From: Octopus sinensis
Taxonomy: Eukaryota
Assembly: GCF_006345805.1 (NCBI RefSeq)
Contig: NC_042997.1
Coordinates: 118,048,001 to 118,112,000, forward strand
Length of the DNA: 64,000 nt
Direction: 5' to 3'
Positions 52,128-64,000 of this stretch are shown in pieces (within the stretch, counting starts at the first letter, position 1; every line of letters begins with the position of its first letter). A program made the position numbers and the translations under genes. The notes under the pieces are model-generated. The model was given only the letters and a program-made list of their open reading frames with translations. It was not told the origin of the DNA and did no database searches.

Positions 52128-52357
52128 ATTTCTTTACTACCCACAAGGGGCTAAACACAGAAGGAACAAACAAGGACAGACAAACGGATTAAGTCGATTA
52201 TATCGACCCCAGTGTGTAACTGGTACTTATTTAATAGACCCCGAAAGGATGAAAAGCAAAGTCGACCTCGGCGGAATTTGAACTGAGAACGTAGCGACAG
52301 ACGAAATACTGCTGAGCATTTCGGCCGGCGTGCTAACGTTTCTGCCAACTCGCCGCC
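52128..52357 (-). mobile_element. SINE-B tail 2, full length
   Basis: Matches the 17621-17851 copy. Confidence 0.9.
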
Positions 52358-53967
52358 ACATGTGCCACATGTATTCTGGGTTGTGAGACGTAGTTAGAGG
52401 GTCGAAGGAAAATTAAATATAGTTGCGTCTAGTGAAAACGTTTGTATTGAGCACATACTGTATTAGATGACATATGAGATGTATTCTTTTCAGAAAAAAG
52501 CCTCAAAATATCACCCTTGGTCTCATATGCGAAGTTGTGCCTATATTAAGTGTTTTAAAGTACGAAAAGCGCTTTTTCCTGAACATGCGCTTTTGAAATT
52601 GGGGAAGATCTAATTGGAACCACGATTAAGGGCAACATTGTAAAAGAGATTAAATCGAAATGAAGCTAAATGTAAAAGATGGCTTCCATTTTCAAATTAC
52701 CGTCAGATTTACATAGTTAGTATCATCTAGATATTTATATAACATTCTTGCTTCCTTTTCTTCTTTTAATCTAACTCTTTACATCGTTGCAATAAAAGAA
52801 GATCTTTGCACATTATAGTTACTACTTCACAACAAAAACGATAACACCACTTCCTCTTTTCCCCTAAAAATCAGACATAGTGCAAAACAAATATGCGTGG
52901 TTACAAAGTTTACTTTGCATGTACGTGTCTGCGAGTTAAATCCTACAGCGCGATAGCCTTTGAGAAGTGTCTGCTAACCATAGCTTCGAGCCGACCAAAG
53001 CTTTGTGAGTGAAAACTGGTAAACAGAAACCGCGTGGAAGAACTAACAGGTGAGATAGTTCCTGTTCTTTGTTGGTAAACTAAACACCACTTTGTGCTTG
53101 GTTACTTTCACCAGAATGCTTCTCTTCTTTTGGTTTTCTGTTTGATGACAGTGCACTGAAAGCGCTACTCCTTTTAGGATTCTCTTCGGTTAGAGATAGT
53201 TTCTAAGCCCTTGATAACCAGTAATCCAGTCTTAAAGAGCGCAGGTTCTGTCTTGTTTGGGTGTTGTTACATAACTTTTAAACTTCTGGATTCTGCTTGT
53301 CTTTCTGTCTGTTTGCATGTGTGTATGTGTGTGTGTGTGTGTGTGTGGTGTGTGTGTGTGTGTGTCTATGTTAGTGTTTGTGTATGTAGGTGTATGTGCA
53401 TGTGGGTGTTATGTTCGTGCCAGTATTTATGATAAACAGTGTCAACCGACGTTGTGTCTATGTTGTTGGTAACCTAGCAATGCGATAAATAGAGACTGAT
53501 AAAATAAATTCCACCAATGAAGCATGTACTGAGTTCGATACGATTGACTGAAATCCTTGAAGAGGGGATCCCAAAATGGACATAGCCACTCTATTTTCAT
53601 ACTGCCAAGTCTAGGACCTTATATTGGGTTAAAGTAATTTAATAATTCAGTTAAACGTGTAGCATTTTAGGTGCCACTGTTTTAGGTGAGAGCAGATCTG
53701 GAGTAGTTTCAGTTAAGAGATAAATCCATTCCTCTCAAAATCTAGGGTTCCCTAACCTTAGGTTCTAATACCAGAAGTGGTTTAAAGTCATATCCAGGAA
53801 TACATTGCCATTAATATCTGAACCGAGGCGTTTCTGTTATGTTGCGCAACCATGGAGTGGTTATATTAAATATGCCGATTTAGATGATAGCCAAAAATGT
53901 TGCTACAAATACTAGGTTCCGCAATCTTAGGATAATATCTTGCTCTTTTTCTTCAGCAGTCTCAAAG

Positions 53968-54278
53968 TGGAGGCACATGGCCTAGTGGTTAGAGCAGCGG
54001 ACTCGCGGTCGAGGGATCGAGGGTTCGAATCTCAGACCGGACGATGTGTGTGTTTATGAGCGAAACACCTAAGCTCCACGCGGCTCCGGCAGAAGGTAAT
54101 GGCGAAACTTCTGCTGACTCTTTCGCCACAACTTTCTCTCACTCTTTCCTCCTGCCTCTTGCAGATCACCTGCGAGGGACAGGCGTCCCGTCCAGGTGGA
54201 GAACCTATACGCCAAGGAAACCGTGAAACCGGCCCTTATGAGCCAGGCGTGCCTCGAGAAGGAACAAACAACAACAAC
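53968..54278 (+). mobile_element. SINE-C, full length, tRNA-derived
   Basis: TGGCCTAGTGG A-box, GGTTCGAATC B-box, (AAC)n tail, 11-bp TSD CAGTCTCAAAG (53957-53967, 54279-54289). Confidence 0.93.
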
Positions 54279-55654
54279 CAGTCTCAAAGAATGCTTCTTT
54301 CTTCTTCTGATTTAGTTATTTATACAAAAGCGGGGGTGGGGAGCAAAACTTGGCTCTTCACTTCACGTGGCAGTTGACCTCTTCAATGAACTCTCAAAGA
54401 TGGCTGCCGTCACTTTTCTCGAATAACCGATTTCACTCTGTCATAGTGTGTTTAACTGTAAAGACAAGTACTTCGTCAACGTTCCAGAATGATTGGTGAA
54501 TGCTGATAATAAAATCAGTCTGTAACAGCCAATTATTAAGAAAGCTTCGATTAGTTTTTAATCAATATTATTTGTTCGAATGTCATAGACACGTAAAAGT
54601 TCGTTCGCTGACGCGTCCATCCAATATTTGTTATTGAAACAGATTTGAGCAAAGTGCAGCCATTTTCTACTTTACTAAACTCTGTTTGCAAAACATTTTA
54701 TCCATTAGTAAATTCACTCTTTTTAAAACATACTGATGATATCTGAGATACAACATTGACAGTCTCAACACATTTCGGATGCCATTCAACCGTGACATTC
54801 AGATTTCGAATGTAACAAATAGTTATTCTCAAATTCTGTTCAATTTATCAAGTGAAACAAGATCGATACTCATTTCAGTGCTGTTTACTCAATTATTGAT
54901 TTTGTAGCTTAGTAGTGGAAGCGTGGTTGTAACCTTGTGCAAGTCACTTCGTTTTAAATTGTTCCAGCACATAAGTATCAATGACACCGGGGGTGGGGTG
55001 TGGATGTTTAAGTCTGTGACATACTGGTGTCCCGTTCATGAGTAGGGGTCTTGTATTCTCAGCGTTAACGCCTTGAAAATCTGGCTGAGCTTCGGTCCTC
55101 TGATCTCGGTTCGAAGAAGAGTTTTTGCTGTTAAGCCCTGGTCAACTCTGATCCAGCATATCTACAACCAAAGAACTCCTCTCCACCAATTGTGCCCGTG
55201 TTGTACTTCAGCCAGTTATACTACAGTTACAATCACATCATCCAATGCACCTTTTCTTTTTCTCGGAATGTAAGGTGTAATTATATTTCTAGCAGACCGT
55301 GTTACGAGGTAAAAGTGCTCTCTTTGGCTCACCAAAGCAATTTATTACAGAGATCATAGATTAAAAGGTCATAAATTTATAGAAATTGTTATCATTTTTG
55401 TTGCTATTTGTAGTGGGTTTTAGGCCTAGATCGGTTCTGATCGAGCAGACTTATAATCAAAGCACTCTAGTCGTGACCATCCAATAAGCCCCTATAAAGA
55501 AGAGAACCCGGAATTACACTATCCAAACCGCTGCATCCTTTTCTCAGACAATAGGGTTTGATATATGAGCATACTGGCTGCTATTTCTTGTAAATTGAGC
55601 GATTACATATAATTTCTAGAGGAAAGGTAAAAGGTATACAGGGCAATAGTAAAA

Positions 55655-55885
55655 GGCGGCGAGCTGGCAGAAACGTTAGCACGCCGGGCGAAATGCGTAG
55701 CCGCATTTCGTCTGCCGTTACGTTCTGAGTTCAAATTCCGCCGAGGTCGACTTCGCCTTTCATCCTTTCGGGGTCGATAAAATAAGTACCAGTTACGCAC
55801 TGGGGTCGATATAATCGACTTAATCCGTTTGTCTGTCCTTGTTTGTCCCCTCTGTGTTTAGCCCCTTCTGGGAAATAAAGAAATA
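55655..55885 (+). mobile_element. SINE-B tail 2, full length
   Basis: GGCGGCGAGCTGG...AAAGAAATA|GGTAT; decayed TSD starting GGTATA. Confidence 0.9.
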
Positions 55886-56004
55886 GGTATATTGGGAAAT
55901 TCATACCCTTAACGAAGGCTATTAATTAAGGTTAATTGCTGAACTTAGTCGTTGGAATGATTTGTTGTTGTTATTCAGCATTCACTATCGATCACCTTCC
56001 CATG

Positions 56005-56335
56005 GAATTTCTTAAGAGATTCAGCCAAAGTTTTAAGATCTAAAGGATATTTGTCTCAAGACTAAATTTCTAACGAAATTCACCCAAATATTAAGTTTCT
56101 GAAGAAATTTGCCTCAAATGTTGAATTTCTTAAAAAATCCAACCAAATTCTTTAACCTAAAAGTTCAAAGACTAAGCTTCCAAAGAAATTCATCAAAATG
56201 TTGAATTTCATAAGACACAAACACTTAAGATCCTAAAGATATTTGACCAAAGACTAGATTTCAAAATAAATTTGCCCAAGGTGAAATTTCTAATGAAATT
56301 TACCCAGATGTTGAATTTCTCAAAAGAATAACCAA
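56005..56335. repeat. Degenerate minisatellite, about 27-bp unit
   Basis: Recurring (GTTG)AATTTCT.AAGAAATTYRCCCAAAT units; block AAGATC(C)TAAAG..ATATTTG..CAAAGACTA repeated about 190 bp apart. Confidence 0.7.
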
Positions 56336-56684
56336 AATTGTCTGGTTTCTGAAAAGATGTTTCTGTCAAAGCAAGTTTAACTCTTTGGAATTTATATTGG
56401 TCTTCCAAAATATCCTACCCGCTTTATGTTGAAATTGGTTCTATTCGACAATGCTGTTCTAAAAATAAGCAATCCCATCTTCAAAATCTCGAAGCTATGA
56501 GATAATGTATGATTAATTCAAAGCAATAAATGAGCATTATGTTTGACAGAATAACCTGCATGCTAAGGATTAGCCCTCTTACAATATACGCCATTGTTGA
56601 GTTTCATAGAATCTGCAGGGTTTCCAAGAACGTCGTTACTATAGCATTTACAAAGAAAAATAAACTTCTCCTTACTTTCTTTAC

Positions 56685-56902
56685 TCTTTTATTTGTTTCA
56701 TTCATTTGACTGCGGCCATGCTGGAGCACCGCCTTTTGTCGAGCAAATCGACGTCCAGGACTTATTCTTTGTAAGCCTAGTACTTATTCTATCAGTATCT
56801 TTTGCCGAACCGCTAAGTTACGGGAACGTAAACACACCAGCATCGGTTGTCAAGCGATGTTGGGTGGGGTGACAAACACAGACACACAACACATACACCT
56901 AC

Positions 56903-56994
<92 letters not shown>

Positions 56995-57067
56995 TATATA
57001 TTATATATATATATAATATATATATATATATACATATATATACATACATATATATATATATATATAA

Positions 57068-57103
<36 letters not shown>

Positions 57104-57274
57104 GGCGCAGGAGTGGCTGTGTGGTAAGTAGCTTGCTAACCAACCACATGGTTCCGGGTTCAGTCCTACTGCGTGGCATCTTGGGCAAGTGTCTTCTGCT
57201 ATAGCCCCGGGCCGACCAATGCCTTGTGAGTGGATTTGGTAGACGGAAACTGAAAGAAGCCCGTCGTATATATT

Positions 57275-57307
<33 letters not shown>

Positions 57308-57532
57308 TTGTGTGTCTGTGTTTGTCCCCCTAGCATTGCTTGACAACCGATGCTGGTGTGTTTACGTCCCCGTCACTTAGCGGTTCGGCAATAGAGACCG
57401 ATAGAACAAGTACTGGGCTTACAAAGAATAAGTCCCGGGGTCGATTTGCTCGACTAAAAAAAAGGTGGTGCTCCAGCATGGCCGCAGTCAAATGACTGAA
57501 ACAAGTAAAAGAGAAAGAGAAAGAGAAAAAAA

Positions 57533-57581
<49 letters not shown>

Positions 57582-57750
57582 TATGTATATATATACATAT
57601 ATACGGCGGGCTTCTTTCAGTTCCATCTACCAAATCCACTCACAAGGCTTTGGTCGGCCCGAGGCTATAGTAGAAGACACTTGCCCAAGGTGCCACGCAG
57701 TGGGACTGAACCAGGAACCATGTGGTGTGGTTGATAAGCAAGCTACTTAC
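56685..57750. mobile_element. Plus-strand full SINE-A (57104-57515) nested in the internal microsatellite of a minus-strand SINE-A (56685-56890 and 57600-57750)
   Basis: The two halves of the minus copy flank the plus copy, separated by (TA)n. Confidence 0.88.
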
Positions 57751-58436
57751 CACCCAGACACTCCTACGCCTAAGTTTTAAGAAATATACGAAGTATATTT
57801 CTTAAAACTTACAGCAACACAAGTTGTCATTGTTCTTATTTCGAACTGTGGTACCAGGCTACATATTTTGACAGATTATCCCTTCTCCATTACATGACTG
57901 GCACTACCGAAAGAACGAAAATGGAAGCTGACTTCGATGGCATTTGAACTCGCAATAAAAAACATTCGCAACTACTAGTTGTTCGCGGAATATCTTCTGA
58001 TTGCTGCCGGCCACCACACTTTATAATAAGCAATTATTGTGAGACATTTATTCCTACGTTATTAAATATAATTAGAAGATTCGGCATTTTATAACGGCAA
58101 TTAACCTTCCCCAGAGTGCGCTACTCACCTTAATGGCCATTTAGATTTCCTATAATTAATGTAACAAGACATGAGTCATGTCTGGGAATGATTCTCTTTT
58201 GCATCTGCTGAGGAGATTCTTGCTAACAATTAAGGAGAGCAGAAACATAACACAAGTTTACGAATACACTCAAGATCAACCGCTATTTCTATATATATTT
58301 ACGAAAATTGGGTATAAGTAGATAAATATTACATATGTAAATATATCAGAATACAAATTTACTTACATATATGCATATATATACATATATACATATATAC
58401 ATACATATATCCATACACACACACATATATACATAC

Positions 58437-58479
<43 letters not shown>

Positions 58480-58534
58480 ACATATTATATATATACATAC
58501 TATATATGTATATATATATACATATATATGTACA

Positions 58535-58591
<57 letters not shown>

Positions 58592-59021
58592 ATTATATAT
58601 GTATGTATATATATATATGTGTGTATGTATATACATACATATATATATTTGTACGTACATATGTACATATATATGTATATATATATATATAATATATATA
58701 TATATAAATGCACACACACACACATATATATAAGCACATATATATGTAGAGTCAAACTCCCTCATACACCAAATAGACCAACAGCTGGGGCAAAGGAACA
58801 TACAGGTGTGATGATGGGAAACACCCCAGACTGAGGAAATCAGAAAGACCATGGTGGTGCTCCAGTATGACCGCAGCTGCATGGCTGAAACGAGTATAAA
58901 AATACAAAGAAAAAAATATACATACATATATACATTATATATATATATATTATATATATATATAATATTATTAGTGAATTGAAGAAATGGAGTTGAACGA
59001 AGATTGAACAGAAATCGTTTT

Positions 59022-59029
<8 letters not shown>

Positions 59030-59069
<40 letters not shown>

Positions 59070-60418
59070 TGTGTGTGCGTGCGTGTGAATATATGTATAT
59101 TACAGAATGAGAAGGGGACGGGGAGTACACATATAGCGGAGTGGCTGTGTGGTAAATAGCTTGCTTACCAACCACATGGTACTGGGTTCAGTCACACTGC
59201 GTGGCAGCTTGGGCAAGTGTCTTCTACTTTAGCCTCGCTTGACAACCGATGCTGGTGTGTTTACGTTCCCGTAACTTAGCGGTTCGGCAAAAGCGACCGA
59301 TAAAGTACTGGGCTTACAAAGAACAAGTCTTGGAGTCGATTTGCTCGACTAAAGGCGGTGCTCTAGCATGGCCGCAGTCAAATGACAGAAACAAATAAAA
59401 GAATAAAATTATATACACACACACACACACAAATGTAGACGTAATATACCTTGATTTTGCAAAAGCTTTTGATAAAGTGGATCATGGTATGATATGTCAC
59501 AAATTGCGTGATCTCGGTATAGCTGGAAAACTTGGAGAGTGGTTACATGACTTTCTGAAAGTTAGAAGTCAGACAGTAGTGGCTAATGGAGCCACCTCAA
59601 TGAAAACACAAGTAGTGAGCGGTGTTCCACGGAGTATTATCTTGGGACCACTGCTTTTCATAGTGGCCCTCTAGATATGCCCTCAACTGCCCGGATAGCC
59701 ACCCTTGCTAGCTACGCAGACGATACGAAAGTCTCGCAGAAAATACAGAACCCCAGCGATGGTGCACATCTGCAGCAGGATTTGGACTCAATTTACGGAT
59801 GGGCTGAGGATAATAATATGCAGTTTAATACTCAAAAATTCCAAGCCCTGCGCTACCAGGGTCCAAAACTGAACATGAAACTTACAGGGTACACTGGTCC
59901 ACAGAGAATTACAATCCCAGGGCCTAAATCAGTGAGGGATCTGGCTATCGACATGAGTGATGATACCTCTTTCCAAGTGCACATTACCAGGATGGCAACA
60001 AAGTGCAGGCGACTGGTTGGATGGATCCTGAGGACATTCAGAACCAGAGAAAAGGAAACCATGAATGTCCTCTCTGGAGGACATTCGTCCTCAGCCGCCT
60101 GGAATACTGCTCCCACCTATTGTTCTTTGTAAGACTTGTTCTTTGTAAGCCCAGTACTTTATCGGTCGCTTTTGCCGAACCGCTAAGTTACGGGAACGTA
60201 AACACACCAGCATCGGTTGTCAAGCGAGGCTAAAGTAGAAGACACTTGCCCAAGCTGCCACGCAGTGTGACTGAACCCAGTACCAAGTGGTTGGTAAGCA
60301 AGCTATTTACCACACAGCCACTCCGCTATATGTGTACTCCCCGTCCCCTTCTCATTCTGTAATATACATATATTCACACGCACACACACACACTCACACA
60401 CACACACACACACACACA
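59030..60418. repeat. Inverted duplication (arms about 59030-59331 and 60131-60418) enclosing a CR1 fragment
   Basis: Arms include the non-SINE flank TACAGAATGAGAAGGGGACGGGGAGTACAC and the same SINE-A internal deletion; one mismatch seen outside the microsatellite. Confidence 0.92.
59433..60120 (+). mobile_element. CR1-clade LINE RT fragment
   Basis: VIYLDFAKAFDKVDH, SGVPRSIILGP, YADDTK; same family as 2573-4925. Confidence 0.92.
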
Positions 60419-60439
60419 TACACACACACACACACACAC

Positions 60440-60800
60440 ATCATCATCATCATCATGGCTCGGCTTCGCGAACGAAGATCAGGAAGGCTGTCCACGTCGT
60501 GTGCATGCACGCTCATGACTGACAAGTCCGATATGGTGTGGTATCAGAGGTGGCTCGCACCTTTCTTCTGCGTCTCTTGTCTTTAAGCGCGTCTCTACTT
60601 TGTTTCTCAAACTCGCTGACTGCGTTGAAGATCGTGTGGCGCCAGACATCATGGTCCGCAGCCAGGTCTGACCAGCATTGGTGGTCAATATGACATGCTG
60701 TTAGAGACTTCTTGAGACAGTCTTTGTAGCGCTTCATCGGAGCTCCTCTCACACGGTGGCCGGTGGAGAATTCGCCAAATAGGGCAATCTTATGTTCATA
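60440..60800 (-). mobile_element. RTE LINE 3' end with (GAT)n tail
   Basis: LFGEFSTGHRVRGAPMKRYKDCLK...W...HDVWR; tail seen as (ATC)n on the plus strand. Confidence 0.85.
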
Positions 60801-61414
60801 TACATACACACACGCAAACATACAGACCTACGTGTGTGCATGTATAGTGTAATGTTGGCTTGTTGATATAATTAGCTAAAACGCACAAAATTCAGCAAGA
60901 ACTAAATAGCACTGAATGAATACAGGAGCTAAAAAATAGCTGCATCAGGTTTCGTGCTTGTTCAATGCAGTCCTTGGTAGGGGTTGCATAGCATGCAACG
61001 CATGATCCCGCAATCACTCTCAAATATTTATTTGAAGTATCTCGCGTATGACTCCTGTATTCATCAAATTATAGCCCCTGATGGTAAATTATTCCCCCTT
61101 AACATATTGGGCTTCTAGACTATTTGTCTAAGACATGTTTTCTTTTCTTTTCCTTCTTCCTTTTGTTTATATTGTATGCTCTTGTTTTTAACTCTGATGA
61201 CGATCCGTTGTTTTAATTTGAAAGCCCTACGAAGATGAAGAACTTCATTTTCGCATTTCTTTATAGCCTGCATTTTGGCAATCCGATCAGTAACGGCCGT
61301 AAGATATGTTACGTCACCTATTTTGTTAGTCATAATTTATATTATTAAAAAATAAGCTACAAATGTGGCACTGTCGATGTGTTGGTTAATCTGTGGTTTT
61401 CTCCATTTTCTAAT

Positions 61415-61464
<50 letters not shown>

Positions 61465-61485
61465 GTGTATGTATGTATATATATT

Positions 61486-61555
<70 letters not shown>

Positions 61556-61758
61556 CAGTAACAAAGAAAATGCCCCTTGTATTTGAATACTGTGCAAATA
61601 TTCTTTTAAAACTTTTCTTCTAATTTTTCCAAAATTTTATTGTTCTCCATACTTACGATTGATAAAAAGTCTCAATGACTGAAACCAGTATTGAAATGTT
61701 TTTTATAAAATTATTTTAGCATTTTCTATCTTGACTTTTTTTCCATATATATATATAA

Positions 61759-62745
61759 TTCACACTTTGAATTTGGTGATACTAGTTGTGGCTTCTAGCT
61801 CGCTCTGATACTGAGTTGAGTTGGTGCCTTCTAGTATCTCAAAATTCAATATACAATCATTCATGATTGTTTGTATCCTGCGCTGATGAGAGAAGAAGTT
61901 TGGGTAAGGTAGAATTATCTAATTCTTATGCTTTCCTAAGACTTGATTTCGAAACGTACGTCCGTAGGTGACTTAAAACTGTATGATAGATTGCCGTCAA
62001 TTCATTCTCTCTTACCTGTTTGTGTTTGCCTTTCAAATGCTGTGTTTTTACTGAGATCTCCCTTTTAGTAGAAGAAATAGCTATAATCTCTTTGACTGCT
62101 ATTTCTAAATTCGGTGTGCGGTAAGGCAATTCGTTGCTAAACCCTTAATTGCTTAGTATTACTTAAATTTTCCTCGAATGAGGCTTTTACATGCCGAAGA
62201 CTACTTGGTGTAATTGATAATTATTCCAAATTAATTAATTTCACCCTTCATTGTTACTGATAACCATATTCATCCCAGTAAATGACCACAGCACTTTGTC
62301 TTGGCTACACGCGGGTGGGAAGGGACTGGTGACACAAACTTTCATTCACACTTTGAATTTGGTGATACTAGTTGTGGCTTCTAGCTCGCTCTGATACTGA
62401 GTTGAGTTGGTGCCTTCTAGTATCTCAAAATTCAATATACAATCATTCATGATTGTTTGTATCCTGCGCTGATGAGAGAAGAAGTTTGGGTAAGGTAGAA
62501 TTATCTAATTCTTATGCTTTCCTAAGACTTGATTTCGAAACGTACGTCCGTAGGTGACTTAAAACTGTATGATAGATTGCCGTCAATTCATTCTCTCTTA
62601 CCTGTTTGTGTTTGCCTTTCAAATGCTGTGTTTTTACTGAGATCTCCCTTTTAGTAGAAGAAATAGCTATAATCTCTTTGACTGCTATTTCTAAATTCGG
62701 TGTGCGGTAAGGCAATTCGTTGCTAAACCCTTAATTGCTTAGTAT
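61759..62745. repeat. Direct repeat, 2 x about 401 bp with a 185-bp spacer (period 586)
   Basis: 61759-62159 and 62345-62745 look identical; identical ORFs at 61926 and 62512. Confidence 0.95.
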
Positions 62746-62773
62746 ATATATATATTATATATATATATATAAT

Positions 62774-62851
<78 letters not shown>

Positions 62852-63589
62852 TAATTGCGGTATTCGTCCGGGGATTAATATTTCTTATTGACGCTACGCG
62901 TTGCTTTTAAAATGCAGAGCTATGCCTGACGCAGAAGCTTTCTTGCTCGCACCTAACTTTTATACACGCATGCGCAAATACCCCAACCTCCACTAACCTA
63001 TGCTACTATACTTCTAAACTCGCACACACCCACACATTCATGCGAAAGCTACTCATTAGGCCAAGGATACCTTGATTACCAAAGTATCCTTTGCCTAAAG
63101 AGTAGCTTGTTGTCTACCCCTCGTTTAGATAATTATTACATCAAGCTATGAAACTTTTGTAATCCGACGGCGGACTGTTATAACGTCCACTCTGGTATAG
63201 CAGTATAGTTAGTTAGACAAGTAGGACCACAACCATCTCTGACTGACTACCCCGACTTCTCGACGTCGAAGTATTTATAACGACCAACACATACAACTCG
63301 TAAACTGGGAGGGGTGTTCTATTATTATCATTATCCCCATAACAGAAACATATGTATCCTGGATTTTATCTACTTTATTTCATAATTTTTGGATATTTAT
63401 TCGCATATAGAGCAATCCCAGATGCTTACGGTGAACTATAAAATAACCTTTTATCAGCTTCGATACAGTAAAAATTCACGACCTTTTGCGCCAATAAACC
63501 ATTATTGTTCTTGAAAGTTTTTATTTCTTCTACGGACTGCTTGAAACTCACTTACTTCATACACCTTGATCCTTGGAATTTACCTTTAC

Positions 63590-63951
<362 letters not shown>

Positions 63952-63952
<1 letters not shown>

Positions 63953-64000
63953 GCCCATGCCGTCCACCAGCGCCTTCGTCGTGGGACGCTGGACCGACGG
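63952..64000 (+). mobile_element. Start of a 5'-truncated Tx1 fragment
   Basis: AGCCCATGCCGTCC...GTGGGACGCTGGACCGACGG matches about 43328-43378. Confidence 0.75.

Noticed and set aside
53968-54040. tRNA-like heads (also 9790-9862, 12880-12956, 16281-16350)
   Set aside because: They continue into SINE bodies with tails and TSDs and lack a proper acceptor stem, so they are not tRNA genes.
61115-61333. 72-aa ORF MTNKIGDVTY...
   Set aside because: No recognisable homology or splice support; the length is expected by chance.

Overview
AT-rich, microsatellite-saturated animal genomic DNA. The repeat repertoire (abundant tRNA-derived SINEs, CR1/RTE/Tx1/R4 LINEs, Penelope, mariner, hAT, Helitron/Helentron derivatives) is what I associate with an octopus-type coleoid cephalopod genome; this is inference, not a database result. 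No intact host protein-coding gene is recognisable: nearly all ORFs in the track are microsatellite translations or decayed transposon ORFs, and only a few low-confidence minus-strand exon candidates were seen. Three things stand out. (1) About ten minimal type I hammerhead-ribozyme-like motifs from several Penelope-type families, with self-complementary helix III and recurrent core variants: canonical CUGAAGA/CUGAUGA, U4C, A6U, and an apparently compensatory G3:C8 swap. Several sit inside long fold-back hairpins. (2) A SINE family sharing its 3' tail with a Tx1-type L1 that repeatedly lands on a (G/T)GT(A/T)-type motif present in the SINE's own head, building nested and tandem arrays. (3) A high density of inverted repeats that would form dsRNA if transcribed. 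Family names SINE-A/B/C are my own labels. Alignments and folds were done by eye and coordinates of decayed elements are approximate. There is a 100-N gap at 41029-41128.
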